A stretch of DNA of 29,116 bases from a bacterium (GTDB taxonomy: Bacteria; Bacillota_I; Bacilli_A; RFN20; CAG-826), in NCBI GenBank assembly GCA_963644775.1, contig CAVIPD010000043.1, positions 1 through 29,116 of the forward strand, in the 5' to 3' direction. Positions within the stretch are counted from its first letter, which is position 1; the number at the start of each line of letters is the position of its first letter. Below, piece by piece: positions 1 to 8,001 of this stretch. The notes beneath the pieces are model-generated. The model saw nothing but the letters and a program-made list of their open reading frames with translations. It did no database searches and was not told where the DNA came from. The position numbers and the translations under genes were made by a program.

Positions 1-914
1 ATGTTACTGTTTGGTCTAGATTTGAAAAAGAAATTATCTCTTTAACTTCTAATAGAACTCACAAAAATCTTCCTAATGTTAAATTATCTATAAATCTAAA
101 ATTTACCTCTTCTTTAGAAGTAGCGATTAAAGATATGGATATTGTTGTTTTTGCTGTTCCTTCGCCTTATGTAAGAGAAACAGCAAAAATCGCTAAACAA
201 TATCTAAACAATAAACAAATTATTGTTGATGTAGCTAAAGGAATTGAAGAAGGAACACTTTTAACATTAAGCGAAGTCATTAAAGATGAAATCGGAAAAG
301 AATTTAATGTTGTTGCTTTAAGTGGTCCGACTCATGCAGAAGAAGTTTCTATTGGACTTCCTAGCTTAATTGTTGCAGCATGCGAAAATGTTGAAATCGC
401 TAAAATAGTTCAACGCGAATTATTACTTCCATATTTTAGAGTATATGTGAATTATGACATTAAAGGTGTTGAACTTTCTGGGGCATTAAAAAATATCATT
501 GCTTTAGCAGGTGGTATTAGCGATGGCATGGGCTATGGTGATAATGCTAAAGCCGCAATTATTACTCGTGGTTTATCAGAAATTACTCGTTTAGGTAGAA
601 AGATGGGTTGCAGCGATTTAGCTTTCTTTGGTTTAACAGGTATTGGTGATATTGTTGTTACTGCAACAAGCCATCATTCAAGAAACCACAATGCTGGTGT
701 TTTGTTAGGGCAAGGTTTTACTCTTGAGCAAACATTAGAAAAAGTTGGTATGGTTGTTGAAGGTATCAATTGTTTAAAAGCCGCAAAAGAATTATCTATT
801 AGATATGAGGTAGAAATGCCAATTGTAAATGCGGTATATTCGATTATTTTTGAAGGTGTTAAACCTATTGATGCTGTTAATTCACTTTTTGCCCGTGATT
901 TAACTATTGAATAA
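1..914 (+). CDS. gpsA: NAD(P)H-dependent glycerol-3-phosphate dehydrogenase, 5'-truncated by the window edge
   Basis: Motifs KGIE, LSGPTHAEEV, GALKNIIALAGG, GDNAKAAIITRG, GIGDIVVTATSHHSRN. The frame is open from position 3 (VTVWSRFEKE...) into the ORF-track start at 135, so the true start lies outside the window. Confidence 0.96.
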   Translation, partial: VTVWSRFEKEIISLTSNRTHKNLPNVKLSINLKFTSSLEVAIKDMDIVVFAVPSPYVRETAKIAKQYLNNKQIIVDVAKGIEEGTLLTLSEVIKDEIGKEFNVVALSGPTHAEEVSIGLPSLIVAACENVEIAKIVQRELLLPYFRVYVNYDIKGVELSGALKNIIALAGGISDGMGYGDNAKAAIITRGLSEITRLGRKMGCSDLAFFGLTGIGDIVVTATSHHSRNHNAGVLLGQGFTLEQTLEKVGMVVEGINCLKAAKELSIRYEVEMPIVNAVYSIIFEGVKPIDAVNSLFARDLTIE

Positions 915-937
915 AACTCAACATAGCAGTATGCTAT
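907..937 (+). promoter_or_regulatory. Putative sigma-A promoter for thyA-folA
   Basis: TTGAAT (907-912), 17-nt spacer, TATGCT (930-935). The inverted repeat ATAGCA-gta-TGCTAT (923-937) overlaps the -10. Confidence 0.5.
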
Positions 938-961
938 AAAACATTAAATTGGAGATAAATT

Positions 962-1792
962 ATGTCAAGAGCAGATGAAATTTTTGTAAATAATATAAAG
1001 GACATTCTTCAGAATGGCTTTTCAGATAAAGATTTAACGGTTCGTCCACATTGGGAAGATGGTACACCGGCTCATACGATTAAGAAATTCGCAATTGTTA
1101 ATCGCTATAACTTACAAGAAGAATTACCTATTTTAACAATTAGAAGAACAGCGTTCAAATCATGCTTAGATGAACTTCTTTGGATTTGGCAAAAAAAATC
1201 AAATAACATTCACGATTTAAAATCACATATTTGGGATTCATGGGCAGATGAAAATGGTTCAATTGGAAAAGCATATGGTTATCAACTTGCAAAAAAATCA
1301 ATTTATAAAGAAGGCGAATTTGATCAAGTTGATCGTGTTTTGTATGATTTAAAACATAATCCTCAATCTCGTCGAATCATGACTAATATTTATAATTTTG
1401 ATGATCTTCATGAAATGAATTTATATCCATGTGCTTATTCAATGACATTTAATGTCACAGGTGACACATTAAACGGTATATTAAATCAACGTAGTAACGA
1501 TATGCTCACTGCGAATAATTGGAATGTTTTACAATATTCATTACTTCTTATTATGTTCGCTCAAGTATCAGGCTTAAAAGCTGGCACACTTGTTCATGTT
1601 ATTGCAGATGCTCATATTTATGATAGACATATTGATATTGTTAAAGAAGTTATCGCAAAACCTCAGCACAAAGCTCCAAAATTAATTGTTAATCCAAATG
1701 TTAAAAACTTCTATGATTTTAAAGTCGAAGATTTTGAACTTGTAGATTATGAATATGAAAAATTAGATAAGAAGATTCCGGTGGCTATTTAA
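962..1792 (+). CDS. thyA: Thymidylate synthase
   Basis: ELLWIWQ, IWDSWAD, IGKAYGYQ, SRRI, catalytic L-x-PC (LYPCA), NQRSND, DAHIYDRH. RBS GGAG upstream, and folA follows. Confidence 0.98.
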   Translation: MSRADEIFVNNIKDILQNGFSDKDLTVRPHWEDGTPAHTIKKFAIVNRYNLQEELPILTIRRTAFKSCLDELLWIWQKKSNNIHDLKSHIWDSWADENGSIGKAYGYQLAKKSIYKEGEFDQVDRVLYDLKHNPQSRRIMTNIYNFDDLHEMNLYPCAYSMTFNVTGDTLNGILNQRSNDMLTANNWNVLQYSLLLIMFAQVSGLKAGTLVHVIADAHIYDRHIDIVKEVIAKPQHKAPKLIVNPNVKNFYDFKVEDFELVDYEYEKLDKKIPVAI

Positions 1793-1794
1793 AA

Positions 1795-2304
1795 ATGATT
1801 ATTTCGATTCTTAATTGTGATAAAGAATATGGTATTGGTAGAAAAAACGGATTGTTATTCTCACTTCCTTTAGATATGAAATTTTTTAGAGAAACCACTA
1901 AAGGGCACGTTGTAGCTATGGGAGAAAACACATTACTTTCCTTTCCTAATAGTAAACCATTAAAAAATAGAACTAATATTGTTTTATCTCAAGATGCATC
2001 ACATAACTATGAAGGCGTGATTAATGTTCATACATTTGATGATTTTTTAAAGAAGATCAAAGAACTTTCACTTACTGATGATGTATTTATCATTGGTGGC
2101 GCCTCGATTTATCGTCAAACACTACCTTACGTGGATAAAGTCCTATTAACTAAAGTTAACGCTGTTGGTGGGGCTGAAGTGTTCTTTGTCAATATAGATG
2201 AAGATCCATCATTTGAATGTATTGATGAAGGTATTCCATTAAAAGACGGCGATATTGAAATTCGCTTTACCACATATATAAATAAAAATAAGAAAAATAT
2301 TTAG
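1795..2304 (+). CDS. folA: Dihydrofolate reductase
   Basis: GIG-x-x-NGL, DMKFFRETT, KPLKNRTNIVLS, FIIGGASIY. Lies directly downstream of thyA. Confidence 0.96.
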   Translation: MIISILNCDKEYGIGRKNGLLFSLPLDMKFFRETTKGHVVAMGENTLLSFPNSKPLKNRTNIVLSQDASHNYEGVINVHTFDDFLKKIKELSLTDDVFIIGGASIYRQTLPYVDKVLLTKVNAVGGAEVFFVNIDEDPSFECIDEGIPLKDGDIEIRFTTYINKNKKNI

Positions 2305-2311
2305 AAATATT

Positions 2312-2348
2312 AAAAAGACTAACGTTTGTCGCGTTAGTCTTATTTTTA
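2312..2348. terminator. Bidirectional intrinsic terminator between convergent folA and hit
   Basis: Perfect 10-bp stem AAGACTAACG (2315-2324) / CGTTAGTCTT (2332-2341), with an A-run on the left and a T-rich run on the right. Confidence 0.85.
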
Positions 2349-2768
2349 TAATGCCTTTTTAATTTCACTTGCGAGTTGAGGAAGTGATAATTCACTGGCT
2401 TTTGGATTTTCCTTCATTGTGATTTGCACGCCTTCATTCGCGACATATCTAGGAATAACATGGACATGAAAGTGAATAATACTCTGTCCGGCCTCTTTAT
2501 TAATATTTGAAAGGATATTTACACCCTTTGCTCCTAAAACCATCATTTGGGCCTGCCCAATTCTTTGAGCAACATCCATGACTTTATGCATAATATCTTT
2601 TGGAGTGTCTAAGAAGTTATCATAATGCTCTTTTGAAATTACTAATGTATGTCCAATAGTAGTTTGAGATATATCTAAAAATGCGAGTACATCATTATCT
2701 TCGTAAACTTTGCTTGAAGGTATTTCTCCGTTAATAATTTTGCAAAATAAACAATCTGTCTTTTTCAT
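2346..2768 (-). CDS. hit: HIT (histidine triad) family nucleotide hydrolase
   Basis: N-terminal CLFCKII, GHTLVI, and histidine triad HFHVHVIPR. Confidence 0.96.
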   Translation of the reverse strand: MKKTDCLFCKIINGEIPSSKVYEDNDVLAFLDISQTTIGHTLVISKEHYDNFLDTPKDIMHKVMDVAQRIGQAQMMVLGAKGVNILSNINKEAGQSIIHFHVHVIPRYVANEGVQITMKENPKASELSLPQLASEIKKAL

Positions 2769-2780
2769 AATTTTCCTTTG

Positions 2781-2810
2781 AAAAAGAGAGTAGCATAGCC
2801 ACTCTCCTTT
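2781..2810 (-). terminator. Intrinsic terminator of the lipoprotein operon
   Basis: The minus strand reads GAGAGTGGC-tat-GCTACTCTC-TTTTT (one G-U pair) just after the stop at 2817. Confidence 0.75.
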
Positions 2811-2816
2811 TAGTTA

Positions 2817-4514
2817 TTAATCTTCAAATAATTCAGGATATTTTTCCTTGAAGTAATCGTAGATAGCAGAATCATGATATTCAAGTGAATACTTTTCAAT
2901 GAAGTATGAGTAAGCATTTGAGATATATGAATCTTTTGTACCAAGTGTTGAAGCAATATTCTTTGCAACTGTTTCTGTAAAGAGTGCACCTTCATCTGGT
3001 CTATTTGTGACATAACCTTCATCACCATCAATATCAAGTTTTGAAGTAGCAACAGCTTCGACAACTTCGACAATGTAGTAACTACCTTCATTATAAATGA
3101 TGTAGTTTGATTCATCGCCAGTTTCACTGACAGCTGGTGTTAAGTAGTAGTGGCCTTTAACATATCTAACATAATCTGTTTGACTATATTCATATGTGTC
3201 TGGATCAACAGAGTCAATTTCACGTGAAACCGAGATGTTGAATAAACGATTTCTGATATCATCTGGTAAATCGCTTAAGCCGCCGTTTTTAACATACCAA
3301 CCATCGGTTGTGTAGTCTGATAATGCTAATTCAGCAAGTTTAATTTTTAAACCTTCTTGAATTGTGTGTGAGAAACTTCCTGTGAATTCGCTAATAGCTG
3401 CTTGAGCTTCTTCGCTAGCGTAACGCTCAGAAATATTTGCTTCAGCAAGTTTATATTTCTTCATCATTTGGCCGTATTGAGTTGCCTCATACCAACCACC
3501 TGTAGCTTTAACTAAGCCTGCATTTTCAAGAAGTGTTTCTTCTTCGGCTGTTAGTGGTATAACAGTTCCGTCTTCATTTAAGCCATGGAATCCTCTCCAT
3601 GCATTTGCAACCATTTCGAAGTCGACCACGCCATTAGCGATATATGCTTTTGCATACTCTTTTAGAAGTGTGCCTGGTAAGTCTTTGTATTTCTCATCAC
3701 GTGTGAGTTTAATAACATTAACTTTACGTCCGTATGCACGACCTAATGTTGTGTAGTTATTTCTTAATAAATATTCTTCGACTAATTTATCCTTATAAAT
3801 TGATGGAATTAGTTTTCTTTCGATATAGTCATCATAACGACCATCTGATAAGTGAATGAATGATGAAACATCTTCCTTCTTAAGCGATGGTGTTAAGTAA
3901 CCACTAAACCAATCTGTTTGCTCAATATCAATATTATAGAGTTCTGAGTAATGAGCGTAGGCAAGTCTTTCCTCAAAGAATTTGCCTGTGTCATCGTTGT
4001 ATGATTTGGAAATGATTTCGTTATAGAAAGATTCATGAATCTTTTCAACAATTGAATCATAGAAATCATTAACTCTTTGAGCTTGAATTAAATCGACTGT
4101 TGATGAGAATTTCTTTGCAAGATATTCATCTTCTGTAATTTCGCTGTCACCGTCTTGAATTTTATTATCGTGAACGAAGATTCCTTTATGTTTTGCGACA
4201 TAATCTTTTAATTTGGCTGGATCACCGGATTCAACAGTTTCTTTGAGTTCAGCAAATTTACCAAATTGATCTTCTGCAACAATTTTGATGAAGTTATTCA
4301 AGACATCATCTTTCTTATTTGATGAGGCTGCATCATAGATGATACCCATGATATTTTCATATACATCAACTTTTGAACCATCAGCATTATTAACGACAAT
4401 TGGTGATTCATAGTTTTTTGGAAGAGCTTGAACTGAATCACAACCTGCAAGGAGAATACCTGCAGAGAGCGCTAATAAGATAGCAGCAGTTTTCTTACCT
4501 GTTCTTGTTGTCAT
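2817..4514 (-). CDS. Large acidic lipoprotein (565 aa), possibly a degenerate PrsA/parvulin-like foldase paralogue
   Basis: Start re-assigned to ATG 4514 (GGAGG RBS 8 nt upstream). Signal peptide MTTRTGKKTAAILLALSAGILLAG|C with a lipobox. Overlaps the upstream gene by 20 nt. The foldase similarity is by eye only. Confidence 0.8.
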   Translation of the reverse strand: MTTRTGKKTAAILLALSAGILLAGCDSVQALPKNYESPIVVNNADGSKVDVYENIMGIIYDAASSNKKDDVLNNFIKIVAEDQFGKFAELKETVESGDPAKLKDYVAKHKGIFVHDNKIQDGDSEITEDEYLAKKFSSTVDLIQAQRVNDFYDSIVEKIHESFYNEIISKSYNDDTGKFFEERLAYAHYSELYNIDIEQTDWFSGYLTPSLKKEDVSSFIHLSDGRYDDYIERKLIPSIYKDKLVEEYLLRNNYTTLGRAYGRKVNVIKLTRDEKYKDLPGTLLKEYAKAYIANGVVDFEMVANAWRGFHGLNEDGTVIPLTAEEETLLENAGLVKATGGWYEATQYGQMMKKYKLAEANISERYASEEAQAAISEFTGSFSHTIQEGLKIKLAELALSDYTTDGWYVKNGGLSDLPDDIRNRLFNISVSREIDSVDPDTYEYSQTDYVRYVKGHYYLTPAVSETGDESNYIIYNEGSYYIVEVVEAVATSKLDIDGDEGYVTNRPDEGALFTETVAKNIASTLGTKDSYISNAYSYFIEKYSLEYHDSAIYDYFKEKYPELFED

Positions 4515-6246
4515 AACATTGTCCTCCATCTTCCCAATCGGCACCTGTGTGTGTCTTAAATCCGATTGCACATGCTTCAGGAATCATTTTGTCTCTTTCG
4601 ACATTTTGAACCTTTAAGCTTTCAATGTAACTATTCCATGTCTTTTCCCATGAAATGTTGTCATCGAATTCTTGTTTGACTTCTGCATTTTCAATCCATG
4701 TGAGAAGTGTTGATTCAAGTTTCTTATCATTGAAAGAGATTTTTTCTTCTTCTAAGTATTTAGCAAAGATTAGTTTGTTAAGATCTGAATCAAAGCCTTT
4801 AACTTTTGATTCGACTGATTCAGCACGAGTCTTGTATTCTTTAGTTTCTTGATTAAAGAAGTTAACGTATGTTTGTTTTAATGTACCATCCTCATAGTGA
4901 GGGAAGTCTTTTCCGGATTGTCCTGGATAGTAAGTGGTGTAGTATTCAGATAATGAGACATTATTTACCGTGTCAACAAGAGGTGTTCTTTCGACAACAA
5001 TAAAGTGAATACCTTGATAATCACTTGTTCCAGCACGTGTAACGAGAACTGGTAAACCATCACTTGTTCTTAAGATGTTTCCAAGTCCGTCACCGCATGA
5101 AGATGCAAAGTTAAATCCTGGAAGTGATGCAAATGCTGATGCATCTTGTCCATCTACACCTGTTGGAGTAATAACTGCAACAGCGTGTTTATTTAAGTAT
5201 TTATTGAAGTAGACATTACGCGGGAAGAAGTTTGCGTTGCCATCATTGACATCACGATTCTTATCATCTTTTGTTAAGTCATTAACTTCGTTAAGTTTTA
5301 AGAAGACACCGTAAGGAATTGTGGCGATTGAATCTGATAATGCTTCTTCGGTAGCATTTTTATATGCTGTCTTAATTTCTGGACTAATACCGATATTTGA
5401 ATTTCCAGCTGCACCCTTTGTAGCTTCATTATAGATATTTTCATAAGCATAAATACCTAATTTAAATTCATTAACAAAGCTTGTGTCTTTGTCCATGATG
5501 CCTAAATCACCGAAACTTGATGCGGAAGAATCGTCTGAATATTCTTGAGCGATTTTGCCAAATGATTTTGCACCAGCAGCAAGTGAACTTGCAACGTCGT
5601 ATAGGTGAATAGCGTTACTCGAATCGATTGTACCATTCCAATAGTTTGTTGATGATGTATCAACGATTTTAACTAAGATATGGCGGACATGATATGGGAG
5701 TTTACTATATAAATAACCTTCATATTCGTCTGGATTTTCTACAGTTGGTTTTGAATCACGAAGATATTCAGTGTTGTTATCATAGAATTGATCATTAAAT
5801 TCTTCTAATTCTCTTTCATAGATGAAGTGTTCTAATAATTCATCTTCGTCATCACAACTATAACTTTGAAGAAGTGCGTTCCATTCATCATCATAGCTTG
5901 TAGAGTTTGTGTCTGCGTTTTCTTGTGCTTTCGACTTAACACCTTCGACATCATTTTTTGAGTTTTTCAATATTTCTGAGTATTTACTATAACCAGCATT
6001 TTCTTTCGTGAAATAATTACGAACGATTGTTTTGTAAACACTATCAAACATTGTAGATACTTTGCTGGAGTCTTCGTAATAGCTTCCGAATAAATCCTCG
6101 GCAGTATAATTGAATACTTCTCCGGCAGAGTTCTTATAGGTTAAGATTGAACCTTCTGGCGAATACTTTACTTCGTTACAACCTGCAAGCATTGTGCAAG
6201 CCATAGCGGAGAAAGCAATACCAAGAGTTAATTTTGATTTTTTCAT
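4495..6246 (-). CDS. PrsA-like lipoprotein foldase with parvulin (PpiC-type) peptidyl-prolyl isomerase motifs, about 583 aa
   Basis: Lipobox MLAG|C. Parvulin motifs HVRHILVK, SFGKIAQEYSDD, GDLG, FVNEF and GIHFIVV. ATG 6246 preferred (GAGGT 5 nt upstream); ATG 6258 is the alternative. hit is nearby, as prsA and hit are in Bacillus. Confidence 0.85.
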   Translation of the reverse strand: MKKSKLTLGIAFSAMACTMLAGCNEVKYSPEGSILTYKNSAGEVFNYTAEDLFGSYYEDSSKVSTMFDSVYKTIVRNYFTKENAGYSKYSEILKNSKNDVEGVKSKAQENADTNSTSYDDEWNALLQSYSCDDEDELLEHFIYERELEEFNDQFYDNNTEYLRDSKPTVENPDEYEGYLYSKLPYHVRHILVKIVDTSSTNYWNGTIDSSNAIHLYDVASSLAAGAKSFGKIAQEYSDDSSASSFGDLGIMDKDTSFVNEFKLGIYAYENIYNEATKGAAGNSNIGISPEIKTAYKNATEEALSDSIATIPYGVFLKLNEVNDLTKDDKNRDVNDGNANFFPRNVYFNKYLNKHAVAVITPTGVDGQDASAFASLPGFNFASSCGDGLGNILRTSDGLPVLVTRAGTSDYQGIHFIVVERTPLVDTVNNVSLSEYYTTYYPGQSGKDFPHYEDGTLKQTYVNFFNQETKEYKTRAESVESKVKGFDSDLNKLIFAKYLEEEKISFNDKKLESTLLTWIENAEVKQEFDDNISWEKTWNSYIESLKVQNVERDKMIPEACAIGFKTHTGADWEDGGQCYDNKNR

Positions 6247-6287
6247 ATTTAACCTCATTTGCCTCCTTTTTCAAACATAGCGAGAGT

Positions 6288-6316
6288 ATTTTACAACTTC
6301 TCTTGTATTAATACAA
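6288..6316 (-). promoter_or_regulatory. Putative sigma-A promoter of the lipoprotein operon
   Basis: Minus strand TTGTAT (6316-6311), 17-nt spacer, TAAAAT (6293-6288). Confidence 0.6.
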
Positions 6317-6425
6317 TAATGATTTTAGAGTTTGAAAATAGATATATCTATTAAATGAATGAAATATGACTTAAAGAAAATATAATTCAAAGACTAAGTC
6401 TTTGCATAAAAAATTATCGTTTTAA

Positions 6426-6454
6426 TTGCACGAGTATTTTCTTTCAAGTAGAAT
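6426..6454 (+). promoter_or_regulatory. Putative sigma-A promoter of the suf operon
   Basis: TTGCAC (6426-6431), 17-nt spacer, TAGAAT (6449-6454). Confidence 0.65.
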
Positions 6455-6481
6455 AAATTACAATTTAATGGGGACATAAAT

Positions 6482-7303
6482 ATGGCAGTGTTGGAAATTA
6501 AAGATCTTTATGTTAGTGTCAAAGACAAAGAAATTTTAAAAGGTTTATCCCTAAAAATGGATTCGTTAGAAACAATTGCATTATTAGGCCCAAACGGAAA
6601 TGGTAAATCTACATTACTTCAAACCATCATGGGAAATCCAAATTATACGATTACTTCTGGAAAAATCCTTTATGATGGCAAAGATATAACAAAATTAGAA
6701 GTTGATGAACGTTCAAAATTAGGTATTTTCTTAGGAATGCAATATCCAAGTGAAGTTCCAGGTGTTAATAATTCTGATTTTTTAAAGGCAAGTTTGAATG
6801 CTCATAAAGAAAAACCAGTTTCACTATTTGAATTCTATAAACTTTTAAATAATGCATATGAAAGAACGAATATTCCTTTTGAGATGGCTAATCGTAATCT
6901 CAATGAAGGATTTTCTGGTGGTGAAAAAAAGAAAAACGAGATTCTTCAAATGCTTATTTTAAATCCATCACTAGTTATGCTTGATGAAATTGATTCAGGT
7001 CTTGATGTAGATGCAGTTCAAGTTGTTGCAAAAATCATTCAAGAGGAACAAAAAAATAGAGGTTTTTTAGTTGTCTCTCACTACGCTAGACTTTATGATC
7101 TAATTAATGTTGATAGAGCAATTATATTAGTTAACGGAAAAATTGTTGCTGACGGCGGTAAAGAATTAATCAAAAAAATTGACTCAGAAGGTTATGAATG
7201 GTTGAAGAAATCTTTGGGTATTGAATTCTCAAAAGATGAGAGTATGAATCAAGTTTCAATTGGCACATGTGCAACTAAAGAAATTTTGAAGGCGAAAAAG
7301 TAA
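6482..7303 (+). CDS. sufC: Fe-S cluster assembly ATPase SufC
   Basis: Walker A GPNGNGKST, QYPSEVPGV, NEGFSGGEKKKNEILQ, LDEIDSGLDVDA. Confidence 0.97.
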   Translation: MAVLEIKDLYVSVKDKEILKGLSLKMDSLETIALLGPNGNGKSTLLQTIMGNPNYTITSGKILYDGKDITKLEVDERSKLGIFLGMQYPSEVPGVNNSDFLKASLNAHKEKPVSLFEFYKLLNNAYERTNIPFEMANRNLNEGFSGGEKKKNEILQMLILNPSLVMLDEIDSGLDVDAVQVVAKIIQEEQKNRGFLVVSHYARLYDLINVDRAIILVNGKIVADGGKELIKKIDSEGYEWLKKSLGIEFSKDESMNQVSIGTCATKEILKAKK

Positions 7304-8001
7304 TGAAAAATATCAAAATTTCAAATGAAAATAAGACATTAGAATTGACCGATTTTAATGATTTAAATATCGAAGTATTTGATAATGGAATTTTGACATT
7401 AAAATTACTTAATTTGTCTGATACAAAAAACTTGAAAATCACTGCAAAAATTAAACAAAATTCTCAATTAATCGTATATTTTGCAGACTTTTCAAAGAGT
7501 GATATTACTCTTAAAACAAGCGTTAGTTTATTAGAAGAAAACGCGTCATGTGAGTGGCATTTAGCAACGCTTTCTTCTCTGAATGCAAAAAAAGAATTTG
7601 ATGTCTCATTTTTTCACGAGGTTGGAAACACATCTGCATTGATGGATAATTATGGTGTTTCTCGTGATAAATCTAAGATTATTTTTTCTGGCGTAAATCA
7701 TATCAAAAATGGTGCAAAAAAGTCAGTTACAAATCAGATTGCTAAAATCATTACTTTTGATAAGGATTCAATCGGTGTTGCTTCACCTATTTTACGTATT
7801 GATGAAAATGATGTTGCGGCAAGTCATTCAGCAATCGTTGGACAATTAAATTCTGATCATATGTTTTATTTAATGTCACGCGGATTAAATAAAAATGAAG
7901 CACGTGAACTTATTACAAAAGGATATTTGCAACCAATTAGCAAACAATTCTCAAATGAAAATAAAGAAAAAATTGAAAATGCAATCAAGGAGGCTCTATA
8001 A
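7303..8001 (+). CDS. sufD: SufD-family Fe-S assembly protein (short, 232 aa)
   Basis: C-terminal PILRIDENDVAASHSAIVGQL...FYLMSRGL. Sits between sufC and sufS. Confidence 0.9.
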   Translation: MKNIKISNENKTLELTDFNDLNIEVFDNGILTLKLLNLSDTKNLKITAKIKQNSQLIVYFADFSKSDITLKTSVSLLEENASCEWHLATLSSLNAKKEFDVSFFHEVGNTSALMDNYGVSRDKSKIIFSGVNHIKNGAKKSVTNQIAKIITFDKDSIGVASPILRIDENDVAASHSAIVGQLNSDHMFYLMSRGLNKNEARELITKGYLQPISKQFSNENKEKIENAIKEAL

